Positions 10,307 through 21,826 of a stretch of DNA of 64,000 nucleotides are shown here, in pieces. The stretch spans positions 384,001 through 448,000 of the forward strand of contig CAVOYH010000001.1 of the NCBI GenBank assembly GCA_963700635.1. The letters run 5' to 3'. How positions within the stretch are numbered: position 1 is the stretch's first letter; every line of letters begins with the position of its first letter. Below the pieces are notes generated by a model that did not search any database, had not been told where the DNA came from, and was given only the letters and a program-made list of their open reading frames with translations. Source of the stretch: an uncultured Bacteroidota bacterium. GTDB lineage: Bacteria > Bacteroidota > Ignavibacteria > UBA10030 > UBA6906. The position numbers and the translations under genes were made by a program.

Positions 10307-10969
10307 ATGAAAACACGTTGGGTCGTAACACCTGTCCTAATCGCTGCGTTTGTCCTGTTCTGGACAAGCCAACTATCCACCGAACCATCCTTTAACGGCA
10401 CTACGGCCGGCTGCAGCGGGGGAGGATGCCATTCTCTTTCCGCCAACGCTGTTTCAGCGCAGGTTACCAATCTTGATGTTGTGATTTCTGTTTCGGGGAC
10501 CACGGAATCGGTGGGGGGAGAACTTGTAGACAGCGCCGGGACCGTTGTGGCTGTCAACAATTCCACGGGCTCCAATCCGTTTACGCTGAAGGCCCCCCAG
10601 GCCGGACTCTTCCGTGTGAATGCAGGCAACAAATCACCACAGCGTGTGTGGGATTCGGTGATGGTCCGGGTAGGGACGACGACCCAGGTGGCGGAAGACA
10701 TTCCGGCGCACATCAGGCTTTCACAGAACTACCCCAACCCTTTTAACCCGGGCACACAAATCGTTTTCAGTTTGCCGACTGTTGCACCGGTTTCTTTGCG
10801 GGTGTTCGATCTTGAGGGGCGTGAAGTTGCGGTCCTGATTAATGCCACCCTCCAGACCGGAGACCATGTGGCGCATTTTGATGGTACCGGTCTCGCCAGC
10901 GGAATCTATTTTTACAGACTCCAGGCGGGACGACTGACTCAGACGGGGAAGATGGTCTTGCAGAAGTAG
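10307..10969 (+). CDS. Small T9SS type-A-CTD secreted protein with a CSGGGCH motif
   Basis: GAGGAGGAG RBS, signal peptide, CTD LSQNYPNPFNP...YFYRLQAG...KMVLQK. Confidence 0.82.
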   Translation: MKTRWVVTPVLIAAFVLFWTSQLSTEPSFNGTTAGCSGGGCHSLSANAVSAQVTNLDVVISVSGTTESVGGELVDSAGTVVAVNNSTGSNPFTLKAPQAGLFRVNAGNKSPQRVWDSVMVRVGTTTQVAEDIPAHIRLSQNYPNPFNPGTQIVFSLPTVAPVSLRVFDLEGREVAVLINATLQTGDHVAHFDGTGLASGIYFYRLQAGRLTQTGKMVLQK

Positions 10970-10974
10970 TCTGC

Positions 10975-11979
10975 TTGATAATCTGCCTCGCGCACGCGAT
11001 ATTACGTTTCCCCTACCCCCGCATGTATCATGAAGTGTCCACCGTAACACGGCTTACAAGGCCGGGTTCTATCATCACCTCCATCTACCGGGCGGGTGAT
11101 GTCCAGTGGGAACTAAACGTCCGCGGTGCACACACCGACATCTGTACTCCGTCCCGCCTCACCAGGTCGCGGTGGTCAGGCAATCTCCTCCCTGTCGGCC
11201 AGAGGGTTCCTGCGTACATCCAGATTGATGCAGACATATCCGGTGGTGGATCCACATCGCTCAGTACAAGTGCTGCAGTAGTTGTGGAACAACGGTCCGA
11301 TGGGCCGCGACCGGAACCCGGGAGTCTCCAAATTACCGGACCCGAAGGGGAAGCAAGAGATCCACTGTTCTCCGCCGATGGACAACGCCTCTTCTATAGG
11401 AGATCCCTATCGGACCGCGGCGAGATCTGTCTGGTGAATGCCTCTGGTGGAATGCCCCGGGTTCTCGTCTCGCCTGGTCCGCCGCTGTATCCGGGATTTC
11501 TCTGGTTTGGCTGGTTCACCAGTGCTGATGGAGATTCCACGATCGTGTATTCTCTCCACTCAAAGGCGGCGTACTCCAGGATTGTCTCTCTCAATCTCTA
11601 CTCAAACCGTACCGATACCGTTTCGACGACCGGGTATCTTACCGGCGACCTCAAGAATGTTCCGGGCACTCCGTCCCAGACAATCTACATCGTTGACCTG
11701 GACACACGCCAGCAGTCTGTCCTGATGGACAATGTTGCCGGGTACACATTCTGTCTGGCACATGACGGGCGGACGTATGCGGTTCTGGCGCCGGATGAAT
11801 TGAGCCCTATCGTCACATCACAAAACTACTTCCTCATCCGTGACGGAACTCCCGGCCACATCACGACATACCCCGGGCCGAGTTCCCTCTCCGATCTCTG
11901 TTTCTCTCCTGACGATCGGAGTGTTGCTCTCGCCGCCACCAGGAGGGGCGATGCACAAATCTGGAAGATTCCGCTGTGA
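10975..11979 (+). CDS. TolB/PD40-like beta-propeller protein, probably N-terminally degraded
   Basis: PD40-like repeats DPLFSADGQRLFY and DLCFSPDDRSVA..GDAQIW. The first ~70 aa look non-coding and there is no clear signal peptide or RBS. Confidence 0.5.
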   Translation: MIICLAHAILRFPYPRMYHEVSTVTRLTRPGSIITSIYRAGDVQWELNVRGAHTDICTPSRLTRSRWSGNLLPVGQRVPAYIQIDADISGGGSTSLSTSAAVVVEQRSDGPRPEPGSLQITGPEGEARDPLFSADGQRLFYRRSLSDRGEICLVNASGGMPRVLVSPGPPLYPGFLWFGWFTSADGDSTIVYSLHSKAAYSRIVSLNLYSNRTDTVSTTGYLTGDLKNVPGTPSQTIYIVDLDTRQQSVLMDNVAGYTFCLAHDGRTYAVLAPDELSPIVTSQNYFLIRDGTPGHITTYPGPSSLSDLCFSPDDRSVALAATRRGDAQIWKIPL

Positions 11980-12026
11980 TACTCTCCCCCTGGCCCGGAC
12001 TGCGTCAGAGGCGGAAGGGTGAGCGG

Positions 12027-13067
12027 TCAGAGCACTCCAAGGTACGTCAGAATCTCCCGGCTCAGCTCAACCCGTGCGCGGACATCGTCATCCTTTCGGA
12101 TATCCAGCTCGGTGGCAAAGAAATAAACGTCCCTGCCCCGTTCCACGTACCCGACGTACCAGCCAACCTCTGTTGCACCGACGCCTGACAGGCCCGTTTT
12201 CGCCCGCAGAATGTACTCTTTGGTCCGTTCGGCGATCATGATCTCCCTTACAAGGGACATTGTCCGTTGCGAGAAGGGGAGACGGTTGGTGTAGAGCTTG
12301 ACAAGAAACTTCACCTGCTCCCGCGGCGTTATCCGCACTCCTCCATTAAGCCAGAACATGTCAATGGGGCCGCCCATGGTGCGATTGCCATATCCTGCGG
12401 AATCGAGATACGCCTGCATCCGCTCCGTGCCTATCCGCCGCGCGAGTTCCTGATAGAGCCAGACCGCCGACACCCTGAATCCTGTTGCCAGAGTATGATC
12501 CCGGTTCCATGCGGGTATGGACCGTTGTACGCTGTCCCAGGGGATGATCGTTTCGGTCGAAGCGATGACACCGGTCTCGAGCGCGACCAGCGCGTTGAAT
12601 ATTTTGAATGTTGATACCGGAATGTATGATGAGTCCCACCGATCCGGACGGTATCCGGTGGATTCTCCTGTCTGCATATCATAGAGGAGAAATGTCCCTT
12701 CAACCCCTCTTGCGGCAAAAAGTCGGCCCAGTTCTGATGCAATCTTTTCCTGCGAGAGATCCCGCACTACCGGGAGATCCGGCCATGTCCCGCCGGTGCG
12801 GTTTGTACTCATGACCATATGACCGTTGAGCATCATGGGATCGATGGGGTCAAGGGTGGCCGGCAGTCCGTGATGGGGCAGAACGGAAGGGGATTCATCG
12901 CCTGCGGCCGTCAGCATGTTGGTACATACGGACACAGTCCAGAGGGAGAGCACAAGCACACGGTGAAGGTGACTTGCCCGTGATGCCAGGCGAAGAATTC
13001 CCGACGGCACAAAGGAGCGGGGGATTCTCTTTAAGGGATTGCGCGAGAGGGTCTTATTGGGGGCCAT
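12027..13067 (-). CDS. Class D beta-lactamase (OXA-like) / penicillin-binding transpeptidase family protein; start uncertain (ORF open to 13145)
   Basis: Motifs in class D order and spacing: STFK, SAV (SxV), YGN, FWL, KTG, GWYVG. Confidence 0.85.
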   Translation of the reverse strand: MAPNKTLSRNPLKRIPRSFVPSGILRLASRASHLHRVLVLSLWTVSVCTNMLTAAGDESPSVLPHHGLPATLDPIDPMMLNGHMVMSTNRTGGTWPDLPVVRDLSQEKIASELGRLFAARGVEGTFLLYDMQTGESTGYRPDRWDSSYIPVSTFKIFNALVALETGVIASTETIIPWDSVQRSIPAWNRDHTLATGFRVSAVWLYQELARRIGTERMQAYLDSAGYGNRTMGGPIDMFWLNGGVRITPREQVKFLVKLYTNRLPFSQRTMSLVREIMIAERTKEYILRAKTGLSGVGATEVGWYVGYVERGRDVYFFATELDIRKDDDVRARVELSREILTYLGVL

Positions 13068-13186
13068 GATCGGGTCCATGAGGGATGTCAAGGTGCCATG
13101 TGGATTCCCCGGAAATGTACGCCGTATGCGTGAGAGTTTCAACAATTGTTTACGGCTCGATGGATTCTTGCATCGGCAGGGTGCAA

Positions 13187-13215
13187 TTGATTCATGCCCA
13201 ATTCCCTCCTATATT
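13187..13215 (+). promoter_or_regulatory. Putative sigma70 promoter for the CHASE kinase
   Basis: TTGATT (13187-13192), 17 bp spacer, TATATT (13210-13215). Confidence 0.55.
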
Positions 13216-13299
13216 AAAGCCTTGTAAAGGGCCTGTGTTTGACGGGCCTATTCACTGTAAAACATCTGCCCTTATTGCCCAACCATCAGGAGCTCTTCG

Positions 13300-15210
13300 T
13301 TGATGCACCTTTCTGTGAGTCCGCTACGGAAGTTCCTGAATCGCGTCTTGAGATTCGTGTCGATCCCATTTGTCGCCGGATCGATCGCTGCCGCCATTCT
13401 GCTGGTGGTCACCGGCCTGGTTTCATTCTGGGTGTTTACGGTCCGGATGCAGGACGAATTGCAGGAGACCTCAAATGTCGCGACCGCTGCACGCGACCAG
13501 CTCAAGATTGCCCTCATCCACGGCCTTTCGGCCACGCAGACTGTGGCCCTGTGTATAGAACAGGATATTCTTCCGGGAGAATTTGAATCTGTTGCTCCGC
13601 GGATTGCGAAGGCCTATGACAACCTCGACGCCATCGAGCTGGCACCCGGAGGTGTTGTGCGGCATGTCTACCCGTATGAAGTGAACAAAAAAGCGATCGG
13701 TTTTGATATCCTGGCGGATCCGCTGCAAAAAGACGAAGCGCTTCTCGCAATCCGGAACAGATCTCTTGTCTTCGCGGGACCCCTGACCCTTGTTCAAGGA
13801 GGGCTTGCGGTTGTCGGCCGCGGACCGGTGTTTCTTAAGCGTAATGGCGCGGAGTACTTCTGGGGCTTCACGATTGTGATCATCAGGGTCCCCACTCTCA
13901 TCAAATATGCACACCTTGATGAACTGGCGGCTCATGGATTCGGGTACCGGCTTTCTCGAATTGATCCGAGGACCGGGGCTGTGTCTGTCTTCAAGAACGA
14001 GGATGTCGTACTGGATGAGCCGGTCGCCGTACGGCTGGAGGTGCCGAATGGCGCATGGACACTGGAAGTTGCGCCGCGTGAGGGGTGGACTGCAAAAGAA
14101 AAGACGGTCCCGATATTTCTGCTTAGCGCAATCTTTTCGGTCCTTGGCGGGGCTTTTGTGTGGTTTCTGGCCCGCCAACCCCAGGTGCTGAACAGGTTGG
14201 TGGAACAACGCGCAGCCCAGATACAGCAAAGTGAACATCGATTTGAAACCCTGATCGAGGAATCTCCGGTCGCCATCGCCATCGAGCGTGACAACAAGGT
14301 GCTCTATGCAAATCCCCGGCTACGGCAGATGTTGATGGTTCGCCCGGAGGAATCCCTTGTCGGGCGGGACGTTATCGATTTTGTAACTCCAGAAGCTTTC
14401 GAAACAAGCAACGGGGGAATAACCTTCGAGCCCGGCGGTCAATCGGGGTTCCCGGAAAGGGAATTGGTCCTGGTAAGAACTGATGGCGCGACACTGGATG
14501 CACAAATCACCGTTGCAACCGTCGAGCTCAATGATGGAGTCGCTCACGTTGCGTTTATTACCGACATTACGGACCGCAAGCGCGCCGAAAAGGAAATCCG
14601 CAAATCTCTCAAAGAGAAGGAGTTGCTCCTGAGAGAAATCCATCACCGCGTGAAAAACAACCTTCAGGTAATCTCAAGTCTCCTGGGCATGCAGGCACAA
14701 CGGGTCACAGACCTCAATGCCCGCGAAGCATACGCAGACAGTATCCGCCGAGTCCGCTCCATGGCCCTTGTTCACGAAAAACTCTATCTCTCGCGTGATG
14801 TGCCAGAGATAGACTTTCGGGAGTACCTCAATTCCGTTGCGGAAGATCTCCATCGATCCCTGCGGAGAGATGGTGTTGCGCTTCGCGTGGAGGCCGAGCG
14901 TATTATGCTGGGCATCGATGTGGCGGTGCCGTGCGGCTTGATCGCGAATGAACTTGTGTCCAATGCGCTCAAACATGCCTTCCCAAAACGGGACAAAGGC
15001 ACTGTGCTGGTGTCCTTCAAGCGGCTGGATCCGGCCAGACTGCAGCTTGAAGTTGAAGATGACGGCGTGGGGTTCTCCTCGGCGGAAGATCTGGGTTCGG
15101 CGACTTCGATGGGTATGAGCATCATTCGCACGCTTACGGAACAGATATCGGGATCACTCTCTCTGGACCGGGCGGCAGGAACGCGCTTCACAATCGTATT
15201 CCCCGGATGA
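13300..15210 (+). CDS. CHASE-PAS sensor histidine kinase (HisKA_2 type)
   Basis: TM-CHASE (AGPLTLVQGG..FWGF)-TM, PAS ending DITDRK, H-box EIHHRVKNNLQ, ELVSNALKHAF and DDGVG. Confidence 0.9.
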   Translation: MMHLSVSPLRKFLNRVLRFVSIPFVAGSIAAAILLVVTGLVSFWVFTVRMQDELQETSNVATAARDQLKIALIHGLSATQTVALCIEQDILPGEFESVAPRIAKAYDNLDAIELAPGGVVRHVYPYEVNKKAIGFDILADPLQKDEALLAIRNRSLVFAGPLTLVQGGLAVVGRGPVFLKRNGAEYFWGFTIVIIRVPTLIKYAHLDELAAHGFGYRLSRIDPRTGAVSVFKNEDVVLDEPVAVRLEVPNGAWTLEVAPREGWTAKEKTVPIFLLSAIFSVLGGAFVWFLARQPQVLNRLVEQRAAQIQQSEHRFETLIEESPVAIAIERDNKVLYANPRLRQMLMVRPEESLVGRDVIDFVTPEAFETSNGGITFEPGGQSGFPERELVLVRTDGATLDAQITVATVELNDGVAHVAFITDITDRKRAEKEIRKSLKEKELLLREIHHRVKNNLQVISSLLGMQAQRVTDLNAREAYADSIRRVRSMALVHEKLYLSRDVPEIDFREYLNSVAEDLHRSLRRDGVALRVEAERIMLGIDVAVPCGLIANELVSNALKHAFPKRDKGTVLVSFKRLDPARLQLEVEDDGVGFSSAEDLGSATSMGMSIIRTLTEQISGSLSLDRAAGTRFTIVFPG

Positions 15211-15259
15211 TCGTATCGTGTTTTTCATCCAATGTTCTGCCAGTTCTTCACTCCAGACA

Positions 15260-15288
15260 TTGACTCTTCACTACTGGTCCCGTATCTT
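15260..15288 (+). promoter_or_regulatory. Putative sigma70 promoter preceding a ~160-nt structured leader
   Basis: TTGACT (15260-15265), 17 bp spacer, TATCTT (15283-15288). Confidence 0.6.
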
Positions 15289-15456
15289 GATCGCTGACCA
15301 CCCATCCGCGGTGTGAGGCGTGCCGGGGGGAAAGAGCCAGGAGACCTCTTTATCCGTAAGGATGGGGAGGTCTTCGTCTGTCTATGGGAAGCGTTTCCCT
15401 CCCACAGGGGTCCAAAGACAGTTCATCGTATCCCACCCTTTTTAAATGGAGGCACG

Positions 15457-16416
15457 ATGTCCAGGTATGCTCTCATGGTGCTTGTAACCCTTCTACTACT
15501 GCTCCCGACGGCCGGAGAGGCTCAAAAAGCAGGGGACGTTGTCTTTTCAACAAACATGATCAATGTTTCTGCGCCGGCGAATCTGACAAAAGCATTCAAG
15601 GCGGGAGATCCGATCTATGCGGCAGCATTCGTCCGTTCGAACTTTACGAAACTGACGAATTCCCCGACGGCAAAAAAAATCAACATCGAAGTGTTTGTCT
15701 ATGCCGTCAGAAAGCCGAAGTATGACTACCAGCAGCCCCAGGAAGAACAGCTGGTATTCGGCGCCCTCGGATTGTCCGGCGGTGCCATGCAACAGGAACA
15801 CCTTATGGTTGACATCGTCCCCGTTCCCGGGAAGATGACGGCGTATGGGAATGCGGACATTACGTATAAAAAATTCGGACCATACTTTGATGGGCCCGTC
15901 AAATATGCAGAAGCGCTCAGCAAGCTGGAAGGCGGGAAGCACACAATCCGGGTCAAGGTCAACTGCAACTATGAAACGGTCGCTGAAGGAGAATTTACCA
16001 TTGAGGGAAGTGATTTCGCACCGTATGCTCAGCGCTCCAAGGAACTTAACGATGCGGCATCCGGGATCCAGACTGCCGGCGCAACCATGCCCAAAGCAGC
16101 AAGGAACGATAAAACTCTGGAGGCGGAGATGGTCACGGCACTGAAGGCCTCACAGACGTATAAAGACCGGATGCAGGGAACAATTGTCAAGCTCGTGATT
16201 ATCGACCCCGACTGGTATGTCAGACGCCATGAACTCACCGGGATCATTCTCCACCGCTACATCCGGGCGGCGGTGGCCATCAAGAATGCCAGCGGAAAAT
16301 GTACGGTCTGGCAGAACGTCACGTTCCAGCAGGACTACGCAGGCAACAAATACCAGCGCACAAAATTTGACGGGGTGGGCGATCCTTACGTAATCCCCTG
16401 TGAAAACATCAAATAG
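15457..16416 (+). CDS. Secreted hypothetical protein
   Basis: ATG 15457 after GGAGG; signal peptide MSRYALMVLVTLLLLLPTAGEA; coding-like 319-aa ORF with no family recognised. Confidence 0.75.
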   Translation: MSRYALMVLVTLLLLLPTAGEAQKAGDVVFSTNMINVSAPANLTKAFKAGDPIYAAAFVRSNFTKLTNSPTAKKINIEVFVYAVRKPKYDYQQPQEEQLVFGALGLSGGAMQQEHLMVDIVPVPGKMTAYGNADITYKKFGPYFDGPVKYAEALSKLEGGKHTIRVKVNCNYETVAEGEFTIEGSDFAPYAQRSKELNDAASGIQTAGATMPKAARNDKTLEAEMVTALKASQTYKDRMQGTIVKLVIIDPDWYVRRHELTGIILHRYIRAAVAIKNASGKCTVWQNVTFQQDYAGNKYQRTKFDGVGDPYVIPCENIK

Positions 16417-16490
16417 GCAAACATCTGCTGTGCCGGAACACTGACACTCCAGAAACCCCGGTCTTTGACATCGTTCCCCGGTCTGCAAAG

Positions 16491-16519
16491 TTGAAACTCT
16501 TCCGCACTACACCTATATT
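16491..16519 (+). promoter_or_regulatory. Putative sigma70 promoter for the zinc-ribbon / YdeI genes
   Basis: TTGAAA (16491-16496), 17 bp spacer, TATATT (16514-16519). Confidence 0.55.
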
Positions 16520-16548
16520 GTGCGTTCAACAGAAGGGGTGGCAGGGCT

Positions 16549-16716
16549 ATGTCCAGAACCAAAGAGGAAAAACCACTTTCCGTCAGGTGCCCGAACTGCA
16601 GGCAGACACGTGAACCTGACTACAACGAGACGACAAGACGGTATGTCTGTACACTTTGTGCAACTCCAGTCGACGCTCAGGTCCTCATCGAGAAGAAAAA
16701 GCGCGGACTGAAGTAG
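16549..16716 (+). CDS. 55-aa zinc-ribbon small protein (absent from the ORF track)
   Basis: Hand translation: MSRTKEEKPLSVRCPNCRQTREPDYNETTRRYVCTLCATPVDAQVLIEKKKRGLK*. Two CxxC knuckles, purine-rich RBS GAAGGGG, own promoter. Confidence 0.7.
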   Translation: MSRTKEEKPLSVRCPNCRQTREPDYNETTRRYVCTLCATPVDAQVLIEKKKRGLK

Positions 16717-16730
16717 GAACACCAGCCATC

Positions 16731-17327
16731 ATGGGCACATCGAACCTTTCCCCCGGGCACATAACATATTTTAAGTCCCCCGCTTCACTACGGGCCTGGT
16801 TTCGAGCTCATGCTTCAGAAGCCGGCGAGCTGTGGGTTGGATATTACAAGAAGAATTCGGGCGAACGGAGCATCACCTGGCCTGAGTCGGTACAGGAAGC
16901 CCTGTGTGTCGGCTGGATCGACGGGATCCGGAAGTCCGTTGATGACAGGAGGTACACCATCCGGTTCACACCCCGCCGGGTGGGGAGTTCGTGGAGTGCG
17001 GTGAATATCAGGTTCGCGCGCGCACTCATCAGGGAAAAACGGATGCAACCGGCCGGACAGAGGGCCTTCACGGTACGGCGTGTCGAGAAGTCCGGGGTCT
17101 CCTCCGATGAGCAGACCGAGGAAAAGTTCGAAGAAGCGTACGGCCGGATATTCAGAAAGAATGCGAAGGCGTGGAAGGCCTTTCAAGCGCGGCCTGCCTG
17201 GTACCGGAGAACTGCCGGTCGATGGGTGATGAGTGCCAGGAAGGAAGAAACGCGGCATCGGCGGCTGGAACAGCTCATTGTGGATTCGCAAGCCGGACGC
17301 ACGATTGCTCCGTTGACCCGCAAATAA
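16731..17327 (+). CDS. YdeI/OmpD-associated family protein
   Basis: F..PASLRAWF, ELWVGYYKK, EALCVGWIDG, RFTPRR..S.WS..N and W..SARKEETR.RRL. Confidence 0.88.
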   Translation: MGTSNLSPGHITYFKSPASLRAWFRAHASEAGELWVGYYKKNSGERSITWPESVQEALCVGWIDGIRKSVDDRRYTIRFTPRRVGSSWSAVNIRFARALIREKRMQPAGQRAFTVRRVEKSGVSSDEQTEEKFEEAYGRIFRKNAKAWKAFQARPAWYRRTAGRWVMSARKEETRHRRLEQLIVDSQAGRTIAPLTRK

Positions 17328-17366
17328 GATCATCCAATAGAGGAAGACATATTGCCCGTAATCTCC

Positions 17367-19831
<2,465 letters not shown>

Positions 19832-19846
19832 GCCGGAGACTGACGA

Positions 19847-20257
19847 ATGTTTGATCGACCGTTTGCCGTTGAGATTATTACTCCCGACCGTACTATGTTG
19901 TCTGTGCAGGCGGTAAGCGTGAGTGCGCCGGGCGTTTTGGGGGGATTCCAGATCCTCTACAACCATGCCCCGTTCCTCTCCGCTCTGGGACCAGGAAAAG
20001 TGCAGGTGAAGGATGCGGAGGGGAAGGAGTATCTGTACGCGACAGGGGGAGGGTTTCTGGAGGTGCGCAATAATCATGCGTCCCTCATGCTGGAAAGTGC
20101 CGAACTCTCCGAAGAGATAGACGTCGCCCGTGCCCGTGCAGCCCGCGATCGTGCTCAGGAGCGGCTTCGATCACGTCAGGCCGACATTGATGTGGCGCGG
20201 GCAGAAGCGGCTTTACATCGTTCCTTGAACCGGTTGCGCATCGCCGGAGCTCTTTGA
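19847..20257 (+). CDS. atpC: F0F1 ATP synthase subunit epsilon
   Basis: EIITPD, G.FQIL.NHAP.LS.L, GGFLEV, C-terminal helical hairpin; directly after atpD. Confidence 0.95.
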   Translation: MFDRPFAVEIITPDRTMLSVQAVSVSAPGVLGGFQILYNHAPFLSALGPGKVQVKDAEGKEYLYATGGGFLEVRNNHASLMLESAELSEEIDVARARAARDRAQERLRSRQADIDVARAEAALHRSLNRLRIAGAL

Positions 20258-20287
20258 TTCTCATCCATCTAACCGGAACGCGCCCGA

Positions 20288-21376
20288 ATGACAAAAGTGT
20301 ATGGAGTGATGATGGCCGGAGGTGTGGGTACCCGCTTCTGGCCCCGCAGCCGTGAGAGAACCCCCAAGCAGGTTCTGGAGATCGTTGGCAAAGAAACAAT
20401 GATCCAGAGTACTGCCGGACGCCTTACCCGCAAGATTGATCCCCGTAATCTCTTTGTTATCACCAACCGGATGCAGCGGACGCTTCTCGTTAAACAGCTG
20501 CCGCATGTTCCGCCGGAAAACATCATTGACGAACCGGTCGGACGTAACACCGCTCCGTGTATCGGGCTGGCTGCCCTACATATCAGGCGTCTTGACCCTT
20601 CGGCTGTCATGATCGTCCTGCCTGCCGATCATGTGATCCAGAACGACGATGAATTTCTGCGCATCCTGGATATCGCCGTTGAAACTGCGGCGGAATCGCG
20701 CAGCCTGCTCACGATCGGCATCCAGCCACGCCATCCTGAAACCGGGTACGGCTATATCCAGATTTTCACCGAAGAAGGTTCCCATAATCCGTACGCGGCG
20801 CGCGGCGTCATGAAGGTGAAGACCTTTGCGGAGAAGCCGAATCTTCAGACGGCACATCGGTTCCTGGAGAGTGGCGACTTTCTCTGGAATAGCGGCATGT
20901 TTGTCTGGCGGGCGGATGCGATTCTCGAAGAGATCCAACGCTGTCTCCCTGATCTCTATGCAGAGCTGATGAAAATCGATCAGACGATCGGTACCCAGCA
21001 CTACGCCGCCGCAGTGGAAATGGCGTATGGTATCATCCGGGGCATTTCGATTGATTATGGTGTGATGGAGAAATCCGACAGGGTCTTTTGTATCCGCGGC
21101 GACTTCGGCTGGAGTGACATCGGGTCATGGGATGAAGTGTACAGGATCTCTGGAAAGGACTCGGGTGGAAATACGATCACCGGCACGGTCATCCAGAAAG
21201 AGACAAAGAACTGCTATGTGTACTCACCCGATAAAATTGTTGCGACAATCGGGGTCGAGGATCTGATCATCGTGAACACCGACGATGCCCTGCTGATCTG
21301 CAAACGCGGACTGTCGCAGGACGTGAAAGAGATCGCGGACTACCTGAAGCGCAAACAGATGAACGACTACCTCTGA
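20288..21376 (+). CDS. manC: Mannose-1-phosphate guanylyltransferase
   Basis: MAGGVGTRFWPRSR..PKQ, EP.GRNTAPCI, PADH, ETGYGYI, F.EKP, WNSGMF and WSDIGSW. Confidence 0.93.
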   Translation: MTKVYGVMMAGGVGTRFWPRSRERTPKQVLEIVGKETMIQSTAGRLTRKIDPRNLFVITNRMQRTLLVKQLPHVPPENIIDEPVGRNTAPCIGLAALHIRRLDPSAVMIVLPADHVIQNDDEFLRILDIAVETAAESRSLLTIGIQPRHPETGYGYIQIFTEEGSHNPYAARGVMKVKTFAEKPNLQTAHRFLESGDFLWNSGMFVWRADAILEEIQRCLPDLYAELMKIDQTIGTQHYAAAVEMAYGIIRGISIDYGVMEKSDRVFCIRGDFGWSDIGSWDEVYRISGKDSGGNTITGTVIQKETKNCYVYSPDKIVATIGVEDLIIVNTDDALLICKRGLSQDVKEIADYLKRKQMNDYL

Positions 21377-21379
21377 CCC

Positions 21380-21826
21380 ATGCGCACGTTTCTGTTAAGG
21401 TGTTGTGCATTGGGAACGGCAGTCTGGGTCCTCGGATGTGGCGCCGCCGCTCCGCGGTTCGCCTCGGTCGATCCCGGGATGCCATCGCCGCGCGATAAGA
21501 CAACGCACCAGGTGTCAGGCATTGCGTCCTACTATGCCGACGAATTTCACGGGCGGCAGACGGCGAACGGAGAGACGTATGATATGCATTCCCTGACTGC
21601 CGCGCACCGTACTCTGCCGTTTAACACCACGGTGAGAGTCACCCATCTTCAGACCGGAGAGACAGTGATTGTCCGTATTAACGACCGGGGGCCGTTCAAA
21701 GATGACCGGGTGATCGACCTGTCGCTCGAAGCCGCCCGGAAGATCGGTCTGATTACGAAAGGTACAGGTCCCGTGCGGCTGGAAGTCCTTGAACTTGGCG
21801 CGCCGGGAAAGCCGATCAACCAATGA
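21380..21826 (+). CDS. rlpA: Septal ring lytic transglycosylase RlpA family lipoprotein
   Basis: Lipobox VLGC; [33 protein letters not shown] and IDLS. Confidence 0.92.
   Translation: MRTFLLRCCALGTAVWVLGCGAAAPRFASVDPGMPSPRDKTTHQVSGIASYYADEFHGRQTANGETYDMHSLTAAHRTLPFNTTVRVTHLQTGETVIVRINDRGPFKDDRVIDLSLEAARKIGLITKGTGPVRLEVLELGAPGKPINQ

Noticed and set aside
15330-15350. Cobalamin riboswitch (GAGCCAGGAGACCT resembles its 3' motif)
   Set aside because: The 5' core elements (GGGAA..GGTG..AATCC, GCCCCCGC.ACTGT) were not found between the promoter and this motif, and the motif is part of a different hairpin.
5904-17350. Intact prophage/ICE with an attR repeat
   Set aside because: No complete integrase, phage or conjugation genes, and no duplicate of the tRNA 3' end was spotted by eye (not exhaustively searched).
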